64,000 nucleotides of DNA from Paraspadella gotoi. Its lineage: Eukaryota; Animalia; Chaetognatha. Numbering within the stretch: the first letter of the stretch is position 1; every line of letters begins with the position of its first letter. The position numbers were made by a program, and so were the translations under genes. The notes beneath the pieces are model-generated. The model saw nothing but the letters and a program-made list of their open reading frames with translations. It did not search any database and was not told the DNA's origin. The DNA lies in assembly GCA_051294375.1 (NCBI GenBank), contig CM119271.1:13383039-13447038 (forward strand), given 5' to 3'. Of the stretch, positions 39,506 to 52,986 are shown piece after piece.

Positions 39506-40975
39506 ATATGATGGTGACGAAAGCAGAAGGGTTCAGAAACAAAAAAGAAACAAAGGGGAAAAAAAATAAGAGGAAGGTTATTACGAGACGCGGCCTGCAG
39601 TGCTCATCTGCTAAAAACCCGCCTCAATGGGAGGAAGCAGTTACACGTTCGCTCGCATCGGTCAACTCAAAAATCAATCGCCCTTACTTCCAAAGGCGGC
39701 GCCCTGACTCATCCCGCCGTCTACGAGATGGTATTGGGCGAGTTCCTCCAAACTACCCTTTCGCCTTCGGCCGCTTTCCTCCGCGAATGGCGCCGATCTC
39801 TATCACACATTCCACGATCGTCAACGCTATCTGGGATCGAATGGAGACGAATTGTCACGACGTCTTGCTCCGAAACATGTCTTCGCTCTCCTCTACAGCG
39901 AAAGAAAATCGTTTCGACAAAAGCCTTGGAGATGTACCTCCGTTTGAGAAACGAACAAGTCTCGGTGCTCATCAAGAAGCACAACCTCTTCCATTCCATC
40001 GTCGACAAAGTCGTGGAATCTTCGAGTTGGATAAAGACAAAACTCTCAAGTTGCACCTCGATCGTTTGGTCAACTTCCGCTGGAACAAATGATCGTGTCT
40101 CACTTGCGTCGTAGACGGGATTTGTATTTCTATTTTTGGATAAATTGAATAAAAGATCCGTTGAATCAATCGAAGCTTTTGAGGACTGAGCATTACGACC
40201 GAATCTCGTGATGCTCTCGCCGAATTGATCAGTCTGCGTCTTGCTTCAATACCTCAAGAGCACGACGTCTAATGATTTGACCAAATCCGCGTGAACGCTG
40301 CTACGAATTGGATCTCGTCGTCGAACCATTTATCTCTAACGACGCATGGGGAACCTCAAGCACGCCCTGCGCTCTCATCATGGAAACTCTTTGAAGGATG
40401 TGAGATGGCGATCGAGTTTTGCAAAGAGCACGATTGACCCGGATCTGTGGGAAGAACCTCGTCGAGCACAGCATAGCCAAACCCAAGTTGCGTCGTCGCT
40501 CCTTCAGACACGGGGACCACGTGGACCCCATTCAATCCTCATGTAACGGATCAAAGAGGGAATGGAGATCGAGGGATTGCAAGAAGTCGCTCGTAGATTC
40601 TCCACGGATCTACAATCGCAGATTGTTGCTCGAAAAGGATGTCAGAAGATCCTCGTCAACGATTCTTCAATCTTTTCCACGTCACTCAAAAATGTCAGAG
40701 AAAGGGGCATTTCCGTTTCGACTTCAAATGTTGCCAATTTGTCACTCTCATTGATCGGGCCGCTCCCCTCCAGAACAGGTCGTACCTCAAGCGACCGCTG
40801 GAGGCCCAGCTCGGCGCCCGCTGCCCAGGCTGGCGGGCGGCCGCGGCGGCACCGCTCTGACTCAGACGGATTTGGTCGTGTTCAACTGCGGCCATTCTTT
40901 CATGTGGGATGTCCTGGATGTCATCCAAATCTTGCTTAATTTGCAGCAACCTAGAAGCGCCTTGTTTGAATGACA
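39335..40975 (+). CDS. VPS41: Vacuolar protein sorting 41 homolog (HOPS subunit), C-terminal half (CHCR repeat and RING-H2), heavily frameshifted
   Basis: Collinear motifs across frames: QWEEAV..IGQLK..YEMVLGEFL..FLREW..IVNAIWDR..DKALEMYLRLRNEQVSVLIKKHNLFHSIVDKVV..FELDKDK..RMGNLKHAL..DPDLWEE..GDHVDPI..RIKEGMEIEGL..GCQKILVNDS..FNCGHSFHVGC..CLIC. These match metazoan VPS41 (YEMILHEFL, ALEIYLTLR, IHKHNLF, RMGN, HVDPI, IKEGMEI, GCKKILVADS). Confidence 0.93.
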
Positions 40976-41059
40976 AATTGGTGAATTTTAATATTTAAGA
41001 TTTTCAAATGTAGATATTTCTTAAATTATTTAAATAATTTAGGTTTGGATGGTGAAGCT

Positions 41060-42093
41060 AATTCTGGATATGGTCCGCCTCGCCACGAAATGCCCTTTTT
41101 GTTCGCGGCTAGTCATAGATCGCGCGTTTACAGAGTACGAAAAACGAACAAAATAACATGAAAGATGCAAAAAAGAAAAACCAGGGCATGCGTCAACGTG
41201 ATCCGGCCCCAGACACTGGGAGCCCGGCATCCACCGAAGCCGCTTCCTCCCTCATCTCGGGTGACGAGATCCCAGATTCTTTTTTCGCGCTCATCATTGG
41301 TGTTTCCTTACTGATTCGCTGTTTTTTCTAACTTTTTTTCCGATTTTCTCGTATCCTCTACGTTGAAACCCGCTCATTGGAATATCAGTAGAGGACGAAC
41401 GTTCGGACCAAGAAGTCCTGACAGCCGAAAACGTCGGACAATCTCTAAACTAGAGAGGGACCGGAGATCCCTCGGGGGCTTGGAGAGGTCAAGAGACCCG
41501 AGCGGTGCTGCCCCCCCGCCGCCACTTGCCCCACCGACGCCCGCATTCTCCCCTTTTTCCGTGGTTTCGGCAGCCCGATTCCGTGGTTTTTGGGGACTCG
41601 TCCCGTACCAACCGACAGTTCCGTTGCGCCGCCGAGCGGTGGGGCTTCGTCCGGACGCCCTTTCAGTGCATGCGTTCGGACCAAGGGGCGGCCGGTCTGT
41701 TCGTCCCCAGGCTGCCAGGACGACAGGGACCAGAGACTGGAAGCCGTCCCGTTACGACGATGTTTTTTCGTCGCTGAACAGCTTTAGGAAGGAAATTCGA
41801 AACGAATTTCGCCGGCAAGTTCAGCGGCGAATTCGACGCTTTGGGGCGGTGAGTTTTTTTTCCAGCCAGATGGCGTTTGGGGGGTTTTTAGCCTTCGTTT
41901 TTTCAACGCCTCGCCTCCCTCTTTTTTGTTTCTTCTTTATTTCTTTCTTTCTTTTTTGAATTATCGATTTTTAGAAATTTTTAAGAATTTTTATTTCGTC
42001 TGTTTACGATCGAAATATTTTTGTTGAAATAACCGTTTCCCTACGCCATCTTGGCATGGGCAATTTCTGCGAGGCGGACCGATATGCAGAATT
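41060..42093. mobile_element. ~1.03 kb element bounded by 36-bp inverted repeats; the terminal motif is shared with the start of the adjacent DIRS element
   Basis: 41060-41095 aattctggatatggtccgcctcgccacgaaatgccc is the near reverse complement of 42058-42093 gggcaatttctgcgaggcggaccgatatgcagaatt. A third, direct copy lies at ~42117-42148. Confidence 0.6.
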
Positions 42094-42116
42094 TTTTAAT
42101 TCCTTTATGGAATACT

Positions 42117-45100
42117 AATGTCTATATCGGTCCGCGCTTTCGCCACGATCCCGCCGTCCGCCCCTTTTGTCTCCTACCATGTTTTTCCGTGGCTTGGGCG
42201 TGGCTTAGGGAAAGGGGGTTGGGGAGAAGGAGGGGGGGGGGTTGGGAAGTTTTTCGGTTTAATTCTCGGCGCTAAATCTTTGTTTAACCGGCTTACATTT
42301 TTTACGATGTGACGATTCTGTATCGTCCCGTTCTTACTCTGCCCACTACGCTTTCGCCTCGTTTGACGAGTCTCGAATTCCTTCCATGCTGGTTCGACTC
42401 CAGTAGGCGGCCCCCCTCAGATCAGGGCGCCGCCTCGGACCGTCACAACGGTCTCGCCTCTACCCGACGTCATCGACCCACACAGTGCCGGATCCGGACG
42501 CAAGTAACTCCTGCCGATTCGGCGGGAGGAAGGAGAAGTTTTTGGTCTTCGGAGAACGACGTCGGCGGTTTTTCGACGGCTCCTGTCCTCGAGCAGGTCG
42601 ACGCCGGGTTCCAGGTTCGTTACGGTGGCGTTTTTTCCTTGCAGCGTTGGGGAAGGGGCTTCCTCACGGCCCATGGACTGGAACTCCTGGGTTGCCCAGC
42701 GATCGGGCAGTAACGCCAACTTGGATCGACGTCGCTCTCCCCGAGAGTTCACCGCTCCGACGCCCGGACACGTGCCTCTCCGCTCAATTCGAGTCGGCGT
42801 TTTCCCCAGGAAATAACGCGCTGCCTCCGCCTCCCTTTCACGTGCGATGGCAGGAGAACGGCGCTACCCTCGGGCGCATGCCATCCCTTACTTTGCCAAT
42901 GTGCTGGCAACGGAATCAAGGAGCTCTCCGTTCCGGCTCGTCAGGAAACTGAGGTTCAGCGCGAGCCGTTGACGCCTCTTGGCCGCCCCGCTTCGCGACG
43001 GCGGCTCTTTTTCAAAGCGGCGGTCCCTCAACCTTTCAGTCGGCGAGATTCGCCGCCAAGTCCTGCGTGGCGCCGCAGGATTTTCCGCGCCACGCTTTCT
43101 CGCTCCGCGGCCCAACACGCACCTTCCGCTTTTTGGTATGCAGAAGCGCAGGTGGAATCGGCGCTCAACTGCGAACGCTTCTACGAAACGTCGCTGCGCC
43201 AAACCCGGCTGCCGACAATGCGCCTGCGTTCCGCCGAAGTCTTCCTCAAGCGCAAGTGGACCCAATGAGTCCTGTTCCCCAAACGTCGGGAGTCGGGAAG
43301 GGGCGGGAAACTCGTCCCGGCGGAATGACTTCGAAACGCCTCCCTCGCGTCCGCCCGCCTCGTGCCGACGCCCAGGTTTTAGGCTGGAACCGCCCATGGA
43401 CTCGATCCCCTCGACACGGACTTTTCCACGCCGACGCTTCTTCCGGAAGCCCCCGTCGGAGGTCGGCTTCGTCTCTTTCAAAGGAGGAACGCTCGTCTGG
43501 CGAGACGTCGCCCATTCTGATAGCTTCTCTGGGAATGCATCTCGAGGGGGCGAAGCAGTTTCCAGCACGCTCCGTCTCCCTCAGGACGAGACAAAACATC
43601 TTGGGGACCGAAGACGCCCTTGGTCGACGCGGAGATTGCGGCGGCTTTGGAAAGAACGCCCTTCGAGGTTAGTCCCCCGGTTTTCTCGGGCTTCTTTTCC
43701 AAGCTTTCCTCCGTTACGAGTAAGATGGAGGCTGGCGCCCGATTTTGAACTTTAAAAAAGCTCTATTCTCGTTCCTTGCCGCCTTACAATTCCGGATGGA
43801 AGGAGGCCCCGGACGTTCGAAGATGTTTCGACGAGCGCGATTGGGGTGCCTCGCATAGACCTTCGAGATGCTTATCTCCATCTTCCCGATCCACGGAGGA
43901 TCATCGGAATTTTGGCCCGCTTCCATTTGGAAGGGCCGCATCTTCAGAGTCCCTTCATTCGGGCCTGTCGACATGCCCTTTGGCTTTCACGCAAGTCGAC
44001 GAGACCTTAAGTGGCAGGTGCTCCCGCCAACAGGGATTCGATGCTCTTTATTTAGTCGACATCTTGATCCTGGATCTTCGGGGCGACCGATGTCGACGAG
44101 CCACTCGAAGGCCGGGTGTGGCTACTCAAGGGAGGCGGGTCCATCATCCACTTCAAGGTAAGCCTGCCCCATCTCAGAGATTCGATCTCCTCGGTTCGTT
44201 AGGACAGCCTCTCCCATTCACTCGCGCTCCCGAGACGAAGTCTTCGACTCTTCGCGCTCTGCTGCAGAGAAATCTTCGGTCAACGACCGCACCACGGGCC
44301 GTCAGTGCCCTTCAGCCTTCTAGGCCTTTCGACGGCGCGTCTTGGCAGTTTCGCTGCTGCGTTGCCGGTCTTCGAGGATTCACCGAGACGTCAATCGCGT
44401 CTACAAGGTCCGGAAGAAGGCATCTCGACCGCGTCGTTCCTCTCCACTCGCCGGCGATGGAGGAGCTGCGGTGGATCGACAGCCGCTTTCCTCCAGACCA
44501 GTGCTTCGCTCCGATCGACGACCTCCCCGGAGGTCTGCACGCTGGAGGTGACGACGGATGCTTCGTCGCAGGGATGAAGTTCTCTTCGCTTCAGGACCAG
44601 CTGTTCGAGGGAAACCTGGTCGTCTGCGGCTCACTCTTCCTTTTCAATGTGACGGATGTTCCACAATTCTGAGGATCTTCCTCCAACGATCGGAGCTTCC
44701 GTCCCGGCAGCGTCAGTCCTTTGGAAGACGGACAGCCTCGTCTCATCTGCCTTCGTCGGGGTCGCAAGCAGGTCGCAGGCTCCCCACAAGTAGTTCTGGG
44801 AGACACTTCTCCTTACGCTCCTACCTGAAGGGTCCAGGTTCAGGAGTCCTCTCTCTTCGAAGAAGTTTCTCATCACGGCCTGCGGCGTCGGGGCCGCAAG
44901 GTGGCGGACTGGAAAACGCCTTCCGAGGGTTCCCCATCAGAATGGTCGACATTTCGGGTCTCTCAGCTTCGATCTTTTCGCGACTCCCCGGTCGGCTTAA
45001 AGTTCCCGTTTTTTTCGCCTGGAAGGGCGCACGCTGGAGGCGGAGGGGATAGTACGCCTTGGCGCAACACTGGGTCTTCGACCTGACCTATCTCCTTCTC

Positions 45101-45910
45101 CCCCTCTCTGCTGTGAGGTGGTCCGCAATACAAGTTGGAGAAGGCGAGGGCAACCTTTTTCCTGATGCACTCCCTTTTGCCGGCTCAGAGTGGGTTCCAG
45201 ACCCCCCCTTTTTTCCTTCGGATTCCTGGACGCGAGGCGCTTTTCCGGCGCCGAACTATCCTCGTCGTCGACTTTGTTCCGGCTTCCGCCTCCGCAAGAG
45301 ACTCGCTTCTCTGCTCGTCGTCTGGAGGTTTTTTAAGGCGGTGCCAAACAATCTCTCCGACATGACGACTCCTCCTTCTCCGTCCGTCCGACGACAACTG
45401 GAGAGGCTCTACCAGAGAGCACCTACGCCAGAGCTTGGAGCTCATTCCTGCGCCTTCCTTCAGGATGGGAGAGGTTCGAGGATCTCAAAGCCTCTCTAGA
45501 GGAGGTTCTAACTACGATCTCCGGTTTTCTGTGCGAGAAAGGGTCCTCGTACAGCAACGATCAACCTTCACAGATCGGCCATCTCAGCTTCTCTTTCCCC
45601 CTGGCGGGAGCGCCGGTTGGAGAAGCATCTTTGGTCCGGCGCCTTCCTCAAGGAGCTTAATCGTAGAGGACGCCCTCCCTCACGAAGTCGGATTTTCCCC
45701 ACGTGGAATGACGGCCTTCGGTTTACGCATTCTCGAGCGAGCCACAGACCGACTATTTCACACGAATGAAGCGGCCAGAAAGGGACGTCATTTTCACGAC
45801 GCTCGCACTCGTTAGTTCCTTGTTCCACTAACGTTTAACGCGTCCAGCTCCCGAGAACACTGGGCAACGCTTAGCAGAGATCAGATGTTACCGTCTTGCC
45901 ATTCAAAGCG
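42117..45910 (+). mobile_element. DIRS-like tyrosine-recombinase retrotransposon (gag-like ~42.3-43.3 kb; RT/RNase H/MT-like ~43.4-45.3 kb; YR N-terminus ~45.35-45.9 kb), 3'-truncated
   Basis: RT: DGGWRPILNFKK (~43724), FRME, IDLRDAYLHLP (~43855), GLSTCPLAFT, YLVDILIL at the YLDD position (~44049). RNase H: EELRW and LEVTTDASSQG (~44540). MT-like: FDLFAT (~44968), AQHW..TYL. YR N-terminus: SYS/TINLHRSAISA (~45547), then RPP and PTWN. The domain order is typical of DIRS1-group elements. Confidence 0.9.
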
Positions 45911-47686
45911 AATTTTGGGACGGAAGGAGAGGAAAAGAGACTAAAGGGCAGGTGAGAAAAGTGATATGGTGATGCGGAAAGAAGGTGAAAAAAAAGAACA
46001 GGAGCGGGGAAAGTGAAGAACCGAAGAGAGGAAGGAAGGAGAAATGAAAATGGTAAAAGAGGAAAGGAAAGTTGAGAAATGTAAAGAAAAGAGGAAAAGA
46101 AAGGGAGAAATGTAAAAAAAATAGGAAGGGAGAAATGAAAGAAGGCAGGAAAAGGAGAGCGAGAATGTGAAAAAGAAAGAGGAAAGGAAAGAGGAATAGA
46201 AAAAAAAGAGGACAAGTGGAAGGGGAGAAATTGACACAAAGAAAGGAGGAGGATAAGGGAGAAAGAAAAAAGAGACGAGAAGAAAAAGGAAGTCTGACGA
46301 AATGAAAAAAGAAAGACTGAAAGGAAAGAGAGAAATGGATAGACGGAACAGCGAGGAAAGTGAGAGGGAGAACAGAAGACAGGAAAGGCAGGAAAGCGGC
46401 GGAGAAAACTAAAAAGGAAAGGAGGAAAGGAAGGGAGAGAAGTGAATGAAGAAAAAGAGGAAAGGAAAGGGAGAAAAGAAAAGAAAGGAGGAAGGAAAGA
46501 GAGAATGAAAAGAATAGAGGAAGGAAAGGGAGAAATGAACAAAGAGAAGGAGGAAAGTAAGGATATAGGTAAATATCCCAATTCCAGCGCATAATTTCAG
46601 AACGGATAATAGAATCAACGTTCGTGATGATAACAACTTTTTTTTTGACTTTTATTTTTCAAATGAAATCGTTAAAACTTAATATTTCCACGAATTTTTC
46701 TTCTTTTCTCTTTTTCTCTCGTCGATTAGCATTCAGATCAAGAGATGAGGAAAGAGGAGAGGAGGAAGAGAGGAGGAGGCAGATGAGGAGGGGGAGGAGA
46801 GGGAAGGGGATAGAAGAGGGTCTGCCTGAGGGGGTTTTTTTTCAATTCGAGAAGGTCTCCCTTATATCAGTCTGTCTGTCCGTCATACCGTCCGTCGTTT
46901 CAAACGAGAAAAATTTCATTCTTCTCTTCTCTTTCTCTGCTCTCTCTCTCTTCTCTCTATCTTCCTTCTCTCCTCTTCTCTCTCTCTCAGTGTACTCTTC
47001 TCACGTCTCTCTCTTCTCTCGTCTCGATCAATCATTCGAACTTGATTAACTAAATCTCCAATCCCATTTACCAATCAGTGATTGTCGGTCATATTATGTA
47101 GGCTTCCAATCTTAACAACCTATTGAATTGAGAGAAAACAATAGTTTATAGCGACGTAAGTTAAATATTCAATTTAATTCTCACTTTTTTATTATAAACA
47201 TTCCTATTATCCAATCATATAAAAAGCTTCCGACTTAATCAACTTTATATTTTACATCCATTAATTGATCAATCTAATATAATATAATCACAGTCATTTA
47301 TGAGTCAATGCATCCAATATCCAGATAAACATCCACCAATCACAGTATAAGGCAATCATAATCAGTCTATCATCTGATTATGTTCCATTGACCAATAACC
47401 GAATCATTCAATTATCTATAATTCTATATGAATCAATCAATAATAAAATCAGCCTATCATCCAATGATTCCTTAACCAATTGTCTTTAAATTATGCCACA
47501 ATCAAATCATAATGAACAATCATTTATCAGCCCATCATCTAACCATGTCTATTAACCATATCAGCGCAATTCACCCATCATCCGAATCCAACCTCTCGCC
47601 GAATTCGAGCGCGTATGATAATGAAGGTTCGCGCGTCACATTAAAATGAGGAGAGGGACTAGGAGAGAGAGAGAGAGAGAGAGGAG

Positions 47687-47717
<31 letters not shown>

Positions 47718-49197
47718 CAGAGAGACAGGAGAGAGAGAGAGAGAGAGAGATGAGAGGAGAGACAGGCGAAGAGAAGAGAGAGGGGGAGGGAGAGAGAGAC
47801 TGCCCCAATTTCTAGGTAGAGGGGGAATGATCGGGTACGTGACGAATAACTTAGCTGGTTAACCGGACCGAGTGGCGTAAGTTCTTTGAGGTGAGTTTCG
47901 CGTGCGTGAGTTTGAGTTTTTTATGGATGCGAGTCGGTGATTGGTCGGATGGCATGACGACGAACGGAACCAATTTGATATCATTCGATGAAACTGAGCT
48001 GCTGATTTTCCATTCTTCGATTTAAACGAAAGAAGAAGAGATAACAATGAAGAAATAATCGGCAAAATGAATAAAACCGATCCCGAATGTTTTGAATGCC
48101 TATATTTTTCCAAAAGAAGCTCATTTCGATTTAATTCATTAGGTAAGTATTAGGTTTAAATATTTTAAAGTTTAGGGATTAAGTTAGAGAATAGGGTTTG
48201 AGATTTGGTTTAAAGCATAGGTTACTGGGGTTTACAAAGAGGATATAAGTTTAGTAATTAGAGTTAAGATATAATAATTAATAATATAATATCATAATAT
48301 AATAATCCGTGGAACCTATTTTAGTCAGAGATCATATTAAATATTAAGATTAAAATAAGTTTAGGGGCTGAAAAAAAGGTAAATAAGTGCTTTGTAAAAT
48401 AGTGCGCGCTAAAACTTTTTTCACTTCTCAGACGGAGACATTTTCTTTCAAAAAAAGGTCATACATTTAAAAATGGAATCGAAATCGGAGGAGTTTTCGA
48501 GCCAAGAAAATGGATCTCGAATCCAACAGACCGACAAAAAAACGAAAGAATCCCGCCCGATCGAATGGAATTACTTTTGGCGCCATCGCGTTTCTTTTTT
48601 GTGGCAAATAAAGTCTTTTGTAGCAATTCTCATTTTCTTTTAGTAGCAACTCTCATTTTCTTTTTTGTAGCAATGAAGTCCTTTTGTAAGTTCTAAATCT
48701 CATTTCTTTTGTAGCAATGAAATTCCGTTTTTGTAGCAACTGCGTATTTCTTTTGTGGCAAATAAAAGTCGCTTTGGGTTGTAGAACTCTCTTTTCCGAA
48801 TGGATATTCTAACTCTTAACCAGATTAATAATGAAGACCTTTGGTGATTCTTCTTTTTCTCCCGGTGACATAATTAGGTCTTTCACGGAGACTCTGCCCA
48901 TAATTCAAGAATCTCTTCACGTTTGATTAATCACAATCTCTCTCCCTTTCGATTATCATGAATCACTGTCTATTTCTAATCTATCCCAAATAAAAATCTT
49001 TCCTTTTTCGGTTTCTTTTGTTTGTCTCTTTATTTTTTCATTTTTTATCACTTTAATCACTGATTCCTTTTATCAAATCAAAAACAACAAATCTCTCTCC
49101 GCCTTCGAATATCGCTTCTTCTTCCACAAATCAATCCTAGCCTTCAAATTCTCTTCCGGCGCAAAGATCGACGGAAGAGTGTGGTGAGAGAGAGGAG

Positions 49198-49253
<56 letters not shown>

Positions 49254-49322
49254 GGAGAGAGCCTGGGAGGGAAAAGAGAAGAGAAGCAGGAAGAATATTG
49301 CAGAGAGAGAGTTGAGTGAGAG

Positions 49323-49391
<69 letters not shown>

Positions 49392-49514
49392 AACCCGGAA
49401 AATCGCGCGGTATGAAATTGAGGAAACTTAGAAGGTAAGGCGAGAAATACCGACGAGGCGGCCGAACGAATGTAGTTAAAAGCCATAACGTTTGGGTGAT
49501 GGGAGAGAGAGAGA

Positions 49515-49569
<55 letters not shown>

Positions 49570-51938
49570 AGACGGAAAATATGTGAGAGATTGAATTGGG
49601 TTTCTTGAAAGGTGAAAAGGGATGAGAGAGAGAGAGAGAGAGAGAAAGAGTAGGAGAGAGAGAGCGAGAGGAGAGAGAGAGAGAGAGATCAGACAAGAGA
49701 GATTTTGATCGGATTAGGCGCATAAAGCCGAAGCGTAGAGAAGAGCGAGCGAGTAAGAGAGGGAAAGAAAAGAAAGGTTGAATAGAAAGAGAGGAAAGGA
49801 AAGAAGGTTGAAATAGAAAAGAGAGAAGGAAAAGAAAGGTTTGAAATAGAAAGAGAGGAAGGGAAGAAAGGTTGAAATAGAAAAGAGAGGAAAGGAAAGA
49901 AAGGTTGAGTAGAAAAGAGAGGAAGGGAAAGGTTGAAATAGAAAGGAGGAAAGGAAGAAAGGTTGAAAGTAGAAAAGAAGAGGAAAGGAAAGAAAGGTTA
50001 AATAGAAAAGAGAGGAAAGGAAGAAAGGTTGAAATAGAAAAGAGAGAAAGGAAAGAAAGGTTTAATAGAAAGAAAGGAAAGGAGAAGCAGGTTGGAATAG
50101 AAAGAGAGGAAAGGAAAGAAAGGTTGAAATAGAAAAAGAGGAAAGGAAAGAAGGTGAAATAGAAGAGGGAAAAGGAAGAAAGGTTGAAATAGAAAAAGAG
50201 AGGAAGGAACAGACAGGTTGAAATAGAAACGAAAAAAAATATAAAAGAGGAAACATAGAAAAGAAAAATCATAGATGTGTTTATATAAATCTGATTTAGT
50301 TGAAATCAGGATATGAAATTGGTAACAGCAATATAAAATTATCCATTCATTTATAATAGCTTCTTATGCCCTGACTTTGGACAGGCTTTGGTGGTTTAGG
50401 CTCATCACTGCTTACAAGATAATGACATAGCAGGTTCTGCAAGCTTTCAATCAAGACTCTCTAAAGTCCCGTTTTTCAGCTCCAGAGTACCTTGGCTTCC
50501 TATCAATGAAGTGGAAATATTTCAAAGAATGTTTCAATTGTTGAAAAAGACCATCCTTAAGTATTAGATGGGGATCTTATTGTACTCGCATAGCATCAAA
50601 CTACCAGGAGCTGAATTTTAATGAAATTGGTTCAATATCTACATTGAAAGCTAAGTGTAACATAGAAAAGATAAAAAAGAGAACGACGACGACGATAACG
50701 AGACGACGTAAGCGACGACGATAACGACTGAGACGACGAGATAACGAGAGACGATCGACGAGAAGATATACGACGACGAAGACGACGACCCTGATCTTCT
50801 CATAAGACTGTTATTAGCGAATACGGCCAAAAGGAAAAAACGACATAAAAATAATACGAACACCACCCGCGCGAGATATAAATGAAAAAAAGACTATATA
50901 AGGAGAATAGGGAAAGAGAGAGAAAGAGAGAGGAGAGAGAGAGAGAGAAGAGAGAGAGGAGGAGAGAGGAGGAGCGAGAGAAGGAGAGAAGGAAGAGAAA
51001 AGATAAATATTGAAGGAAAAAAATGACGGAGAAAATAAAAAAAAGGTGATTTTGTAAAGACGAGATTTTGTAATAATCTTTATATATTCTGCGAAAAGAA
51101 ATAAAGAAAGAAAATAAAGAAAAAAGAAAACCCAGAGAACAAGAAAAAACAAAGAAAGAGAGAAAGAAAGAAACTATTTTTCAGAGTAAAAAAAAAAGAT
51201 GAGGATGAGAAATGAGTTAGTAGACGACGAGACGACGAGACGAGCGGCCGAAACGAAGAACAAACGAGGAAGAAGAAAAAAAGGAAAAAGGTTAGAAGGG
51301 CAAAGGAAGGAACGGAAAGAGGGGGAGGAGAGAGGAAAAGGTATAGGTAAAGGTTAGGAGGCAAGGAGAAAAAAAAGAAAGGGAGAAAAGAAGAAGTAGA
51401 AAGCAAAAGAAGTGGAAAAGAAGAAAGAGAAAATGGGGAGAAGGAGAGAGAGGTTGGAAAAGAAAGAAATAGAGATAGAAAGGTAAGGTTGGAAGGTGGG
51501 AGGAGAAGAGAGGGGGAAAAGAGAGGGAAAAGAAAGGCTAGAGAGAGGAAAGTGAGAACGAGGGAAATTGTGATGATGGGGAAAGAAGGGAGTGAGTGAG
51601 TGAGTGAGTGATGGTGAGTGAGTGAGTGAGGGAGTGAGTTGAATGAGTGAGTGAATGAGTGATGATTAATTGATTTAGTGAAAAACGGGCAATGAAAGAG
51701 ATTGTTTTTGATTTGTAATGCTCAGTAAATGTGACAGTTTTTCAAATGAATGATATCCTAATACACTTCAGCAGTAGATATGCAAATGGTAAAAGAGAGA
51801 GATGAGAGAGGAGGAAAGAGGAGAGAGAGAGAGGCTATGCGATATAGAAGAGAAAAGGGGAGCGAATCTGGGAGGAAAACGAATGGTTCGATGGCGCTCA
51901 CGGCGGGAGAGAGGATGAGAGCGGAGAGAGAGATAGAT

Positions 51939-51973
<35 letters not shown>

Positions 51974-52330
51974 AGAGAGAAGAGAGAGAGGGAGTAGATA
52001 ATTTGGGTGCAGAAATCGAAGGGGAAAAACGTGAGGAGTTTTTTGCTCTTTTCCGTGGAAGAAGAAACGCGGGAAACGGAATGGCTAAGGAAATGCAACG
52101 GAAGTGGCATAAGGATGCCAACGGAATGGCATAAGGGCATGAAACTTGGAAATGGAATAGAGATGTAAAGAAGTGGCATAAGGAAATGCAAACCGGAAGT
52201 GGCATAGGCATGGTAACTGGGAATAGATAGAGATGGGTAAAACGGAAGTGGCTAAAGATGGCTAGGAAGTAGGATAATGGCAATGGCAACGGAGTGAATA
52301 AGCTGNNNNNNNNNNNNNNNNNNNNNNNNN

Positions 52331-52620
52331 CTCCTTTGTAAATGTATTCCTGTTAGATGAGTTCCTGCAAACGTACTATCCTGCCAAATTTTTCCTGTGC
52401 AAATTATTCCTGTACAAATTCATTCCTGTGCAAATTCATTCCTAGTACAAATTCATTCCTGTGCAAATTCATTCCTGTGCAAATTCATTCCTGTACAAAA
52501 ATTCATTCCTGTGCAAATCATTCCTGTGCAAATTCATTCCTGTACAAATTCTTCCATTACAAATGTATTCCTGTTACAAAATTAATTCCTGTGCAAATTA
52601 TTTCTTTTAAAAATGTATCC
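52331..52620 (+). repeat. 16-bp satellite (aaattcattcctgtgc)n, left part
   Basis: Directly visible; it continues after the LTR element. Confidence 0.95.
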
Positions 52621-52623
52621 TAC

Positions 52624-52986
52624 TGTTGTAACGTGGTCTTGGCCCTCAAAGATGACGGATAGAGAGCTAGATAATACATAATTGACTAGTCTTAATTTGA
52701 AGTTACCTGAAATTATTGTAAGATTGCCAAAGTTGTATAGAAATAAACAGTGATAAAATATTGCGTCTTATCCCTTGAGATCTAAAATGGAATGTACTAA
52801 AATCTCGGCCTCCCCTCGTCTCTCTTCCTTTGTTTATTCTATTTAGACAAAATGTTTACAAAATAGCGCTGAGTTCCTGGGAATCTATGAAATATTTAAA
52901 TCTTGGAACTGAGAAAATTTAGAGAGAACAAATTTGAACGAAAGTTAATTACTAAAATTGGAGCTTAATTAAAATTATTACTAACA
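52624..52986 (-). repeat. 3' LTR (363 bp)
   Basis: tgttgtaacg...ttactaaca; collinear with 58610-58977. Confidence 0.9.

Larger units (their letters stand above)
32420..52305. repeat. Inverted duplication: left arm ~32420-38920, right arm ~45930-52305, ~7 kb unique spacer
   Basis: ~45930-46780 mirrors ~38075-38920; 47030-47660 mirrors 37218-37860; 47800-49175 mirrors 35633-37010; 49700-52305 mirrors 32420-35170. The right arm is indel-noisy, fills the left-arm N gaps and ends in a 25-N gap. Confidence 0.95.

Noticed and set aside
42888-43755. Long GC-rich ORFs on both strands suggesting a bacterial insert or horizontal transfer
   Set aside because: They are explained by the GC-rich DIRS gag/pol region and its antisense shadows.
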